A stretch of 64,000 nt of DNA from Patescibacteria group bacterium (GTDB lineage: Bacteria; Patescibacteriota; Patescibacteriia; UBA2591; JAQUPP01): assembly GCA_041649955.1 (NCBI GenBank), contig JBAZMD010000002.1:7709-71708 (forward strand), written 5' to 3'. The position numbers and the translations under genes were made by a program. Positions 17,252-26,578 of this stretch are shown here, piece by piece (position 1 is the first letter of the stretch; every line of letters starts with the position of its first letter). The notes beneath the pieces are model-generated. The model did not search any database. It was given only the letters and a program-made list of their open reading frames with translations, and was not told the origin of the DNA.

Positions 17252-17713
17252 ATGACCTTAACCGTTCACACTGCTGTCGGTATCTTTATTGGCAAGTACG
17301 CGTCAAACCCGTTTCTTGCTTTTTTGTTCGGATTTTTATCACATTTTTTACTTGATGCAATTCCTCATGTTGATGAAGGAATTTTTATCCAAAAATATTT
17401 TTACTGTGCAGTATTCGCAGATATTTTTCTTTCGGCTATTTTTATTTTTTGTTTTTTTCGTTTTATCCGACCTGCTTATTCTTCAAAAATTTACTGGGCG
17501 ATTTTAGGATCCGCCCTGCCGGATATATTTACTTTTTTTTATTCTGAGTTACATTTTAAATTTTTAGGAGGATTTTATAACTTACATCAAATTATCCATT
17601 GTCCGGAAAAAATAAACAATCCTGTCTTTTTAGCCGCTATTCAAATAATTTTTCTGGTTTGTTTAATTTTTATTCTGTTTAAAAAAAAGACGAGTCAAAA
17701 ACTCGCTAAATAA
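17252..17713 (+). CDS. putative membrane-bound metal-dependent hydrolase-like protein (4 TM, His/Asp motifs)
   Basis: 153 aa; HFLLDAIPH motif in hydrophobic context resembling YdjM/DUF457-type membrane hydrolases; weak. Confidence 0.4.
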   Translation: MTLTVHTAVGIFIGKYASNPFLAFLFGFLSHFLLDAIPHVDEGIFIQKYFYCAVFADIFLSAIFIFCFFRFIRPAYSSKIYWAILGSALPDIFTFFYSELHFKFLGGFYNLHQIIHCPEKINNPVFLAAIQIIFLVCLIFILFKKKTSQKLAK

Positions 17714-17746
17714 AAAAATATCCGCCAAAAGGCGGATATTTTTTTA
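17713..17746. terminator. bidirectional rho-independent terminator AATATCCGCC-AAAA-GGCGGATATT flanked by A-run/T-run
   Basis: 10-bp stem 17717-17726/17731-17740; TTTTT 17741-17745; AAAAAA 17713-17718; between convergent genes. Confidence 0.7.
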
Positions 17747-18649
17747 CCTTGGACACTTCCCTGTCAATTCTTGCCACCGTTTATCAATTTCTTGTTGAAT
17801 CTTAATTAAATTATTTTTATCTTTTTCGGAAAATAAATTTTTAAATCTTCCTTGAAATTTTAAAAATTCTTCAACCGGTAATTTTTCTCTCGGCTGATAA
17901 TTTAATTTATAAACGCCGTTTTCTATTTCATAAAGCGGCCAAAAACAAGTTTCTGTGGCAAGCTGCGACATTTTCACGGTCAAATCGGAATTATATTTCC
18001 AATTCGCCACGCAAGGACATAAAATATTCAAAAAAGTCGGGCCATTGGTACTAAGGGCCTTTTTTGCTTTTTGATGCAAATCAAACCAATTATGAATTGC
18101 TGCCTGGGCCAAATAAGGAAGATTATGAGCCGCGGCGATTTTCATAATATCTTTTCTGGATTCTATTTTGCCGGCCGGAGTGGTTGAAGTTGAAGCACCA
18201 AGCGGTGTGGCTGAAGATCTTTGCCCGCCGGTATTGCTGTAGACCTGATTGTCATAACAAACATATAAAAAATTATCCCCTCTTTCCCAAGCTCCAGAAA
18301 GCGATTGAAGCCCGATATCATAAGTGGAACCGTCGCCGCCAAAAACAACAAATTTAACATTTTCCGGAATTTTCTTTTTTTCTTTTAAATGCTGATAAAC
18401 CGCCAAAATTCCACTCATTGTCGCCGGCGCGTTTTCAAAAGCATTATGCATATAAGGCATATTCCAAGAAGTTTGAGGATAAAGAGTAGTGGTAACTTCC
18501 ATGCATCCGGTAGCATTAACAACCACTAATGGATTATCAGTTGCTCTTAAAACAGAACGAACAATAATCGGAATGGCGCATCCGCGGCAAGTTCGATGAC
18601 CAGGCGCAAAATGTTCCGGTTTTTTTAATAAATCTTTTAGAGTTTCCAT
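17744..18649 (-). CDS. 2-oxoacid:ferredoxin oxidoreductase beta subunit (TPP-binding, PorB/KorB-like), no alpha subunit adjacent
   Basis: 301 aa; CxGC N-terminal cysteines, GDGSTYDIG and GGQRS TPP-binding motifs. Confidence 0.8.
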   Translation of the reverse strand: METLKDLLKKPEHFAPGHRTCRGCAIPIIVRSVLRATDNPLVVVNATGCMEVTTTLYPQTSWNMPYMHNAFENAPATMSGILAVYQHLKEKKKIPENVKFVVFGGDGSTYDIGLQSLSGAWERGDNFLYVCYDNQVYSNTGGQRSSATPLGASTSTTPAGKIESRKDIMKIAAAHNLPYLAQAAIHNWFDLHQKAKKALSTNGPTFLNILCPCVANWKYNSDLTVKMSQLATETCFWPLYEIENGVYKLNYQPREKLPVEEFLKFQGRFKNLFSEKDKNNLIKIQQEIDKRWQELTGKCPR

Positions 18650-19173
18650 AATTTTTTAAAAATAGTTTGAGTGATAAATACGCTTAAAATTGCCGATATA
18701 ATGCCCCCTAAAATATCGCTTGGCCAATGAACGCCGACGAAAATTCTGCTGATTCCCACCAATAGAGCTAAAATCAATAAAATTATGCCGAATTTTTTCC
18801 AATCTTTAAATATGGTTAAGGCCATGATAAAACCGATAGTCGTGTGATATGAAGGAAAAGAATAATCTTTTGGGCTGGCTAAAAATTTAATCAACTGAAA
18901 AACTTCTCTATGGTCCACAAAAGGACGGAAACGATGATAAAATAAACCGATAAAATTATTTATCAAGAGCCCGCAAGCGATAGTTCCGACTATTTTTAAA
19001 ACCATTAAACTGATTTCTTTTCTTTTCGGCGACAAATAATAAACCAAGAGAATAATCAAAGGAATAAGAAAAATCAATCCGTCGGCGCAAATAATGCCAA
19101 ATTGATCCATGGCCATCCATTTGCCTGCCAAATGATTAATTTTTATCAGTAAAAAATAGTCCATATTAATCAA
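18637..19173 (-). CDS. PAP2-family membrane phosphatase (undecaprenyl-diphosphatase BcrC-like)
   Basis: 178 aa; KxxxxxxRP, PSYH, SRxxxxxHxxxD PAP2 signature (SFPSYHTT, SRIFVGVHWPSD). Confidence 0.8.
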   Translation of the reverse strand: MINMDYFLLIKINHLAGKWMAMDQFGIICADGLIFLIPLIILLVYYLSPKRKEISLMVLKIVGTIACGLLINNFIGLFYHRFRPFVDHREVFQLIKFLASPKDYSFPSYHTTIGFIMALTIFKDWKKFGIILLILALLVGISRIFVGVHWPSDILGGIISAILSVFITQTIFKKLWKL

Positions 19174-19262
19174 AATTATTATATCAGATAATTAATTTGC
19201 AAGCAAGCCCGCCTAAATTTTCACAAAAATTTAGGCGGGCAAGCTAACTATTAAAATAATTC

Positions 19263-19297
19263 AGGCTCTTGCTGTAGACAACAAGAGCCTTTTAAAA
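19263..19297 (-). terminator. hairpin terminator AGGCTCTTG..CAAGAGCCT 3' of small ORF
   Basis: 9-bp stem 19263-19271/19282-19290 with U-run on minus strand after 6 nt. Confidence 0.45.
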
Positions 19298-19304
19298 TCA
19301 TCAC

Positions 19305-19478
19305 TTACTTACAATCGCAATAGTTTTTAAACCTACGACATTTTGGACGGCCTTTATAAAGGCCGTACTGACAGCCTCTTAATAGCCATTTGATTGGTTT
19401 CTTATTCCAAGAAAAAATATTTTTCAACCACTCTATTTTTCCTTGCCGTCCTTTTAAGGATTTTGTTTTTTCTGACAT
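19305..19478 (-). CDS. unannotated small basic Cys-rich protein (57 aa) MSEKTKSLKGRQGKIEWLKNIFSWNKKPIKWLLRGCQYGLYKGRPKCRRFKNYCDCK
   Basis: below ORF-track cutoff; strong SD GGAGGTG 6 nt upstream of ATG; TTGACA -35 at complement of 19527-19532; terminator 19263-19297. Confidence 0.35.
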   Translation of the reverse strand: MSEKTKSLKGRQGKIEWLKNIFSWNKKPIKWLLRGCQYGLYKGRPKCRRFKNYCDCK

Positions 19479-19542
19479 CCCACCTCCTTTTCAACTAATT
19501 TTAGAATAACAAAAATTTAAAAATTTGTCAATATTTTTTATT

Positions 19543-20691
19543 TTAGAAAAAATTTAAACCGCCGTTTGAAATTAATTTTTTACCGTTATTTTTCTTTTTC
19601 CAATCATCTTCGCTGGTAAACATTTCAACCGTCAAGCCATTTCTTGGAATAACAAAATCGTAGTGCGAAGTAGCCGTCTCAAATCCTTCCGTGCCTTCTT
19701 TGCCATGCTTAGAATCACCAAAAGCAAAATGCATCGTTCCCAGTCTCTTCTCCGCCTCAATCACTGAAACACCCGGAAAATTATAAGGTTTTTCAGGGTC
19801 AGAAACAGTGCTTCGAGCCTTACTGTTTGCTCCAAACGCAATTTCCGCCACTCTCAAAACATTCAACGGTTGACCGCTCTCTTTAGCTTCGTCGCGCATA
19901 TCTTTTTCCAGATCAGATCTCAATTTTTTAGCTGACTTGCCACCTTCAATAGAAGTAATTATTCCATTTTTAACATTAACTCTGACAAACTCATCAACGC
20001 CTTGATCCGTGGTAATAGTTGATTCTAAGACAGGTAAAACCAAAGTTCCGTTCATTGTTCTTTCATCGGGCGTGGTAAAAATTTCTCCACCCAAAAGGTT
20101 GCCCCATTGACCCGGCTTATCTAAAACCCCGCTGTCTTTAGACCATTGCCTCTCGTGAGATGAGCGCAAACCTACTTCTAAATCTGTCCCATAATTCGAA
20201 GTAATATGAAAACCTTTAGCATCTTTCAAAACCGCCTCCATTTTATTAAGCCTATATTCTAAATCCTCTAAATTTTCATCTAGGGCTCCGTCTTTTTTAA
20301 AAGCATCAGATCCTAAATCAATAAGGCTTAAAAGGCGGTTGCCATATTCTACAATATCTTTATCACAAAGATCTTCAATGGCTGGATACATTTTTTTCGA
20401 AACATCAATAATAACTTTAAATTTTTTAAGCAGTTCCTGTATTTCTTCTCTTTTGGTTTGTTTATCTAATAAAATTTCTTGAGATTCAGAACCTATTTTC
20501 TTGACAGCTTCTTCTAAAATTAAAGTTACTTCAGGATTAGTTTTTTTGTCTTTTAAAAATAAAATCTTTTCTTCCGGTTTTAATTTTAATAAATTTTTTA
20601 AAGACTTCTCGGCAACTTCAATTTTTTCCAAAAATAAAATTTCTGCCTCTTTCTCTGTTTGATTTTCAGAAAATATTTTCTCTTTAAACAT
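19543..20691 (-). CDS. putative M29-family (AmpS/PepS-like) aminopeptidase
   Basis: 382 aa; GGEIFTTPDE and HFAFG..SHYDF segments resemble thermophilic aminopeptidase (M29) metal-binding regions; by recollection only. Confidence 0.45.
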   Translation of the reverse strand: MFKEKIFSENQTEKEAEILFLEKIEVAEKSLKNLLKLKPEEKILFLKDKKTNPEVTLILEEAVKKIGSESQEILLDKQTKREEIQELLKKFKVIIDVSKKMYPAIEDLCDKDIVEYGNRLLSLIDLGSDAFKKDGALDENLEDLEYRLNKMEAVLKDAKGFHITSNYGTDLEVGLRSSHERQWSKDSGVLDKPGQWGNLLGGEIFTTPDERTMNGTLVLPVLESTITTDQGVDEFVRVNVKNGIITSIEGGKSAKKLRSDLEKDMRDEAKESGQPLNVLRVAEIAFGANSKARSTVSDPEKPYNFPGVSVIEAEKRLGTMHFAFGDSKHGKEGTEGFETATSHYDFVIPRNGLTVEMFTSEDDWKKKNNGKKLISNGGLNFF

Positions 20692-20827
20692 ATGTTCAAA
20701 TTATTTTTATCTTATATTTAAAGATTAGCAGAAAAATTAAATTTGTCAAGTTAAATAAAATTTTTCATACTTATCCACATAAAAAATTTTGACGGATGGT
20801 TAAAAAAGATTTACAATTAAAAATATT

Positions 20828-22171
20828 ATGACAGAAGAAATAAAAAAACAAAATAATGGATCCGAAACCAATGGAGGTCAAGAAAAGAAAAAATTAAAAT
20901 TTCTTTTTGTTTCATTGGAAAGTTTAAGCGGTGATTTGGCTTGGCAAATAAAAAAAGAAGGACATGAAGTCAAATGTTATATCAAAGCGAAAACAGACGC
21001 AGACGCTTATGACGGGTTCGTGGAGAAAATTGATGATTGGAAAAAATACGTAGACTGGTGCGATGTTGTTATTTTTGACGATGTGGAATTCGGACCGGAT
21101 GCGGAAAAATTGAGACAAGCCGGCAAACCTGTTATCGGCGGTTCTGTTTATACCGATCAATTGGAAATAGATCGCGAATTCGGACAAACGGAATTAAAAA
21201 AATACGGAATTAACATTTTGCCTCATTATAATTTTTCAAATTATGACGAGGCGATTAATTTTATCAAAACCAATCCCGGTCTTTATGTTTTCAAGCCATC
21301 CGGCAATACTCCATCCGGCGGCAAGGGATTGTTATTTTTAGGACAAGAAGATGACGGCCGCGACATTTTGGCTCTGCTTGAAAAAAATAAAGAAGTTTGG
21401 CAGAAAAAAGCGCCCGTATTTCAACTTCAAAAATGCGTCTCCGGCGTAGAAATCGCCGTAGGAGCATTTTTTAACGGTCAAGAATTCATTAAACCGGTTA
21501 TTGTCAATTTTGAGCACAAGAGATTATTCCCGGGAGACCTTGGTCCTTTTACGGGAGAAATGGGTACGGCTGTATTTTGGGCTAAAACCAATCCTATTTT
21601 TGAAGCAACTTTGGAAAAAATGAAACCCGCCTTGGCGCAATCCGGTTATCGCGGTTATATTGATTTAAATTGCATTGTTAACGGCCGAGGTATTTATCCC
21701 CTTGAATTTACTTCTCGTTTTGGTTATCCGATTCTTCAAATTCAGCTCGAAGGAATCATCACTCCAACCGGTGAATGGCTGGAAAAACTGGCCAAAGGAG
21801 AAAATTTTGAATTAAAAACAAAAAAAGGTTTCCAGGTGGGAACAAGAATTATGCTTCCAACCTATTTTACCAGTGATAAATCAGTAATTGAAACTTACAA
21901 AGATTTGCCGATACTTTTTAAAAAACCAGACAATTTGGACGGCATTCATATAGAAGACGTTAAAATGACAGAGGGCGCTTGGCGAGTTGCCGGTGATTCG
22001 GGATGCTTGTTGGTTGTTACCGGTTCGGGCACAACCATGGATGATGCCAGAGAACAAGTTTATTCAAGAATTAAAAATATTATGGTGCCCAATATGTTCT
22101 ATCGGGTTGATATCGGATCAAAGTGGTCCGAAGATTCGGACCGGTTGCAAACATGGGGATATTTGTATTAA
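20828..22171 (+). CDS. ATP-grasp enzyme, phosphoribosylamine--glycine ligase (PurD)-like
   Basis: 447 aa; ATP-grasp fold signature (KPSGNTPSGGKG, GDLGPFTGEMGTAV, FEHKRLFPGD) similar to GARS. Confidence 0.55.
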   Translation: MTEEIKKQNNGSETNGGQEKKKLKFLFVSLESLSGDLAWQIKKEGHEVKCYIKAKTDADAYDGFVEKIDDWKKYVDWCDVVIFDDVEFGPDAEKLRQAGKPVIGGSVYTDQLEIDREFGQTELKKYGINILPHYNFSNYDEAINFIKTNPGLYVFKPSGNTPSGGKGLLFLGQEDDGRDILALLEKNKEVWQKKAPVFQLQKCVSGVEIAVGAFFNGQEFIKPVIVNFEHKRLFPGDLGPFTGEMGTAVFWAKTNPIFEATLEKMKPALAQSGYRGYIDLNCIVNGRGIYPLEFTSRFGYPILQIQLEGIITPTGEWLEKLAKGENFELKTKKGFQVGTRIMLPTYFTSDKSVIETYKDLPILFKKPDNLDGIHIEDVKMTEGAWRVAGDSGCLLVVTGSGTTMDDAREQVYSRIKNIMVPNMFYRVDIGSKWSEDSDRLQTWGYLY

Positions 22172-22229
22172 TTTTAAATTTCTAATTTTTAATTTCTAAA
22201 CAAATTCTAAAATTCAAAATTGAATATGA

Positions 22230-22266
22230 AAAAAGACCTTTAATTTTATATAGGTCTTTTTTTATT
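22230..22266. terminator. rho-independent terminator AAAGACCT..AGGTCTTT + TTTTTT (A-run upstream: bidirectional)
   Basis: 8-bp stem 22232-22239/22252-22259, T-run 22260-22265. Confidence 0.65.
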
Positions 22267-22279
22267 TGGTAAAATTTTA

Positions 22280-22675
22280 CTATTTTTTGAAAAAATAGTA
22301 AAACCAATTTTTTAAATTTAATATTTTTTCATTTAAACTTTTACTGATTGATTTTGTTGCCTGGTCAGTTTGAGTATTTTGAGAAGTTATAACCACTACT
22401 TGCTCTCCCGGTTTTTGCAAGCCCAATTTTTCGCGAGCGATTTTTTCTTGAAAATAATCAGTCTGCATTTTCTCTATTTTATCAATGGCTTCTTTATTCT
22501 CTTTTTCCAATAAAGAATTTTGATTTTCCAGTTTTGAAAGTTCTTTTTTTAATTTTATCTGCTGATTTATTTCTTGAATTGCCGTTATCAAGCTGAAAAT
22601 TAAAACCAATATCAATAAATAGAACAAACTTTTGGAAGCGATTATTTTTTTAAAATTTGATTTCTTCTTTATCAT
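22280..22675 (-). CDS. septum formation initiator family protein (FtsB/DivIC-like)
   Basis: N-terminal TM then coiled coil (LKKELSKLENQNSLLEKENKEAIDKIEKMQTDYFQEKIAREKLGL); start chosen at internal Met (MIKKKS); ORF-track start 22711 possible. Confidence 0.55.
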   Translation of the reverse strand: MIKKKSNFKKIIASKSLFYLLILVLIFSLITAIQEINQQIKLKKELSKLENQNSLLEKENKEAIDKIEKMQTDYFQEKIAREKLGLQKPGEQVVVITSQNTQTDQATKSISKSLNEKILNLKNWFYYFFKK

Positions 22676-22758
22676 GTTTATATTATACCAAAAGGGGCTG
22701 GAAAAATCCAACCCCTTTTGCGCTACTTAATAGTAAATTTAAAAAAATATCCGTTAAC

Positions 22759-23067
22759 TTATTTTGGCTGTGTCATCGTATCTATAAATTTCCCATATGT
22801 ATTATTCTCTGCGAATTTCTTTTTTAACGCTTTGAATTCCTCTAATTTTTCTTTGAAACCTGACTTATTTTGTAATTCGTCCATTTCTTGTAATGTTTTA
22901 TCCATTGATGCTTTGTCTGGTGCTGCAAAAACGGTTTTTAATGGTTCATTTAATTCATTATATCTAGCAATATCTGGATCGCCTTTAAGCTCTTCAAATC
23001 TCTGTTCTTCTGCTTCAGTCATTTCTGAAGCATCGGGGTTAAATCCCCCTTTCTCTGGATTACTCAT
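22759..23067 (-). CDS. hypothetical small acidic protein (102 aa)
   Basis: SD GAGGTAAAT upstream; no domain recognised. Confidence 0.5.
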   Translation of the reverse strand: MSNPEKGGFNPDASEMTEAEEQRFEELKGDPDIARYNELNEPLKTVFAAPDKASMDKTLQEMDELQNKSGFKEKLEEFKALKKKFAENNTYGKFIDTMTQPK

Positions 23068-23178
23068 AATATTTACCTCATTAAGATTGTTTTAAAACAA
23101 TCTTTTAATTTATTAATTTATTATCGCAACCTATTATTAGAATAACACATTTTTAAAAGAATGTCAAATTAAAAAAAA

Positions 23179-24996
23179 CTATTTTTTTATGATAGCCAAA
23201 TATGCTTCCGGCGGAATATCTACCTTGCCCAAACGCGCCATTTTTTGTTTTCCTTTTTTTTGCTTATCCAATAATTTATTTTTGCGAGTCACATCGCCTC
23301 CGTATAATTTCGCCGTCACGTCTTTGCGAAGGGGTGATATTTTTTCCGAGGCTAATATTTTCCCGCCAACCGCGGCTTGAAGTTTAACTTCAAAAAGCTG
23401 GCGCGGTAAAATTTCTTTCAAAGATCCGACAATTCTGCGGCCCGAACGAAGCGCCCAATCTCTATAAACAATACTGGATAATTGCTCTATTACGTCGCCG
23501 GCGACCAATATATCCAATTTAACCACTGTGGTCGGCCGATAACCCATAAAATCATAACTGTAAGAAGTATAACCGCTGGTTATACTTTTAAGTTTGTCGT
23601 AAAAATCAACCAAAAGCAAAGCTAATGGCATTTCGTAGTGAAGAACGGCTCTTTGAAATTTTCCATATTTTTCGCCCGAAATATATTCCAATGACAAAAA
23701 AATTCCCAAATATCCTCTTAACAATTCCATAATTGAACCGATATAAGTAATCGGTGTGACAATATCAATTTTCACCCATGGTTCTTCAATTTTATCCACC
23801 TGACTCGGATCAGGAAATTCCGTCGGTGAATAAATAAGTTTACTCTTGCCTGTTTTAAATTTTATATTATAAGATACACTGGGCGAAGTGATAACCAAAT
23901 CAAGACCATATTCTCTTTTTAATCTTTCCTTAACAATATCCAAATGCAAAAGTCCGAGAAAACCGACTCTGAATCCCATTCCAAAAACAGATTGATCGGC
24001 CACTGAACCAATCGGCTCAAACGTCAAACTGGCGTCATTTAATTTCAATTTGCTCAAAGCTTGGCGCAATAATTCTTTCTTGGTTCCTTCTTTGGGATAA
24101 ATACTGGCAAAAACCATTGGCTGCGGTTCTTTATAACCTTCAAGCGCAGTTATCTGAGACGGAAAACAAGCGGCCGTATCGCCAACCCGACATTTTTCAA
24201 TTTCTTTAAGACCGGTCACTATGTAACCGATATCGCCTGCTTCAAGCTTGTCTTGTTTTTTTAAACTTGGACTGAAAACACCAACTTCCAAAGTTGGAAA
24301 AATCACTCCGCTGCCCAATAATTTAATTCTATTATCTATTTTAATAACTCCCTTAAACACTCTGACATGCAAAAGCACGCCCTTATATTCGTCAAAATGA
24401 GAATCAAAAATAAGTGCTTGAAAAGATTGTTTTGATTCATCTTTCGGTTCAGGAACATTTTCTATCACCGCTTCTAAAACTTTTTCTATGCCAATTCCTT
24501 TTTTGGCGGAAATACAAATAATTTCAGATTTATCAATATTTAAAAGATTGGCCAATTCTTCTTTTACGGCTTCCAAATCAAAATTAGGCAAATCAATTTT
24601 ATTAACGACCGGAATAATTGTTAATCCTTGTTTCTTGGCCAAATGAAGATTTGCCAAAGTTTGAGCTTGAATCCCCTGGCTTATATCAACCAATAAAATC
24701 GCTCCTTCAACTGCGGCCAAAGAACGCGAAACTTCATAAGAAAAATCAACATGGCCCGGCGTATCAATTAAATTAAAAGTGTAAATTTCGCCTTGATAAG
24801 AATATTTCATGGTTACGGGCTGAAGCTTAATGGTTATGCCGCGCTCTCTTTCCAGCGGCATCAGGTCCAAATATTGGGGCTTCATTTTGTCCTTAGTAAT
24901 CGTATTGGTAAATTCTAAAAAACGATCAGCTAAAGTTGATTTACCGTGATCTACGTGACTGATAATACAAAAATTACGTACCCATTTTGTTTCCAT
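23179..24996 (-). CDS. lepA: elongation factor 4 (LepA)
   Basis: start placed at METKWVRNFCIISHVDHGKST (G1 motif); DTPGHVDF, NKID GTPase motifs; C-terminal LepA-specific domain; ORF-track start 25074 would overlap murJ. Confidence 0.9.
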   Translation of the reverse strand: METKWVRNFCIISHVDHGKSTLADRFLEFTNTITKDKMKPQYLDLMPLERERGITIKLQPVTMKYSYQGEIYTFNLIDTPGHVDFSYEVSRSLAAVEGAILLVDISQGIQAQTLANLHLAKKQGLTIIPVVNKIDLPNFDLEAVKEELANLLNIDKSEIICISAKKGIGIEKVLEAVIENVPEPKDESKQSFQALIFDSHFDEYKGVLLHVRVFKGVIKIDNRIKLLGSGVIFPTLEVGVFSPSLKKQDKLEAGDIGYIVTGLKEIEKCRVGDTAACFPSQITALEGYKEPQPMVFASIYPKEGTKKELLRQALSKLKLNDASLTFEPIGSVADQSVFGMGFRVGFLGLLHLDIVKERLKREYGLDLVITSPSVSYNIKFKTGKSKLIYSPTEFPDPSQVDKIEEPWVKIDIVTPITYIGSIMELLRGYLGIFLSLEYISGEKYGKFQRAVLHYEMPLALLLVDFYDKLKSITSGYTSYSYDFMGYRPTTVVKLDILVAGDVIEQLSSIVYRDWALRSGRRIVGSLKEILPRQLFEVKLQAAVGGKILASEKISPLRKDVTAKLYGGDVTRKNKLLDKQKKGKQKMARLGKVDIPPEAYLAIIKK

Positions 24997-24997
24997 A

Positions 24998-26578
24998 TTA
25001 ATCTTTGGAGTGAAATTTAAATTTTCGAGCAATAAATTGGCGGATAATTTCCACTTCCGGAAATTGCAGAACAAAAGTAATAATCAAATAAAACAAAATT
25101 CCGACAATCAAAGCGCAGATAGTTTGAATTAAAACGCCGGTAAAAGTTTGCAGATTTAGCAATAATGCCATTTTATGATTTATGATTTGGATAAAGCTTG
25201 CCATGGCCAAAGAAACAAAAATAATTCGTCCAAATGATAAAAATATTTCTTTTTTCTTAAAATCACCAATTTTTTTATTAAGATAGAAATAAAGCAAGCC
25301 GATATTTATAACGGAAGAAATTGAAAAAGCCAAGGCCAAGCCGCTGATTTTCATTAAATGTCCCAAAAACACACAGCCGATAATATTTATTGCAAAACTA
25401 ATTGCGGCGATAATGGTCGGAGTTTTCGTATCCTGAACAGCGTAAAAAGCTCTGGCAAAAACCGGAATCAAACTTTCGGAAAATAAAGAAATTGAAAACC
25501 AAGCCAAAGCTTGAGCGGTTAAAATAATGTCTTGCTGAGAAAAAGCGCCTGTTCCTAAAATCAATCTGACTATTTGAGTTTTTAAAATAATAAATAAAGC
25601 CGTGGCGGGAATTATTAAATATAAAATTCGGCGGATTGTTTTAGAAATTTGATGGGCGAAAAGAGTTTTATCTCCGTCAATAAAACTCTGGCTTAAAACC
25701 GGAAAAACTGCCAAAGCCAAAGAAACGCCGAAAATACCGATCGGGAAACTGACCAAATTAAAAGCCAAATTATAAATAGCCACCGCGCCAACAGCGATTG
25801 AAGAAGCGATAAAAGTGGTGGCAATCAAATTAAATTGCCTGATTCCCAAAGCGAAACAGCGAGGCAACATTAAAACACTAATTTTTTTAACAGCCGGATG
25901 GCGCCAATTGAAAATAAATTGCGGCCGATAACCGGTTTTTAAAAGACTTGGAATTTGAATCAAAAGATGCAAAAACGCGCCTAAAACCACACCCCAAGCC
26001 AAGCCGGTAAATCCCATTTTTTTCACCAAAAATACGATACCGAAAATAATTCCCAAATTATACATTATGGATGCCAAACTGTAGGCCAGCCATTTCTTGA
26101 AAGAATTTAAAATACTGCCGGCGATATTGCTGATTGTAAAAAATAAAATACTAATCAGCATTATTCTTGTCAATTTAATGGTCAGCAATCTGGTTTCAAA
26201 ATCAAAACCCGGCACCATTAATTTGGTTAAGCCGGGAGCAAAAATAAAAAAGACAATCACTAAAAATAAAATAATTGTCAATAAAACGTTTAATAAAGAA
26301 TTAGCCACTTTAAAGGCTTCTTTTTTGTCTTTAGCGAAATATTCCAAAAAAACCGGAATAAAAGCGACTGAAAGCGCTCCTAAAACCAAAGTATTAAAAA
26401 CCAAATCCGGTAATCTGAAAGCGGCATAATAAGCATCCAAAACTTTACCGGCGCCGAAATGAGCGCTTAATAAACGATCTCTTAAGAGTCCGAGCAAACG
26501 GCTTAAAATAGAAAAAAGAGCAATAATTATTGCTCCACCGGCAACGGTTGATTCCAATTTAAAAAATCTTTTAAACAT
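24998..26578 (-). CDS. murJ: lipid II flippase MurJ (MviN)
   Basis: 526 aa, ~14 TM; N-terminal GAIIIALFSILSRLLGLLRDRLLSAHFGAG typical of MurJ. Confidence 0.85.
   Translation of the reverse strand: MFKRFFKLESTVAGGAIIIALFSILSRLLGLLRDRLLSAHFGAGKVLDAYYAAFRLPDLVFNTLVLGALSVAFIPVFLEYFAKDKKEAFKVANSLLNVLLTIILFLVIVFFIFAPGLTKLMVPGFDFETRLLTIKLTRIMLISILFFTISNIAGSILNSFKKWLAYSLASIMYNLGIIFGIVFLVKKMGFTGLAWGVVLGAFLHLLIQIPSLLKTGYRPQFIFNWRHPAVKKISVLMLPRCFALGIRQFNLIATTFIASSIAVGAVAIYNLAFNLVSFPIGIFGVSLALAVFPVLSQSFIDGDKTLFAHQISKTIRRILYLIIPATALFIILKTQIVRLILGTGAFSQQDIILTAQALAWFSISLFSESLIPVFARAFYAVQDTKTPTIIAAISFAINIIGCVFLGHLMKISGLALAFSISSVINIGLLYFYLNKKIGDFKKKEIFLSFGRIIFVSLAMASFIQIINHKMALLLNLQTFTGVLIQTICALIVGILFYLIITFVLQFPEVEIIRQFIARKFKFHSKD

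Noticed and set aside
20789..20817. TTGACG-17-TACAAT promoter immediately upstream of the PurD-like gene
   Set aside because: The -10 lies only ~10 nt from the ATG, which would imply an essentially leaderless transcript. That is possible but not supportable from sequence alone, so I did not list it as a feature.
22718..23095. 125-aa plus-strand ORF antisense to the 22759-23067 gene
   Set aside because: The minus-strand ORF has a good Shine-Dalgarno and a compositionally protein-like product. The plus-strand product is low-complexity (S/N/F-rich) and lacks an RBS.
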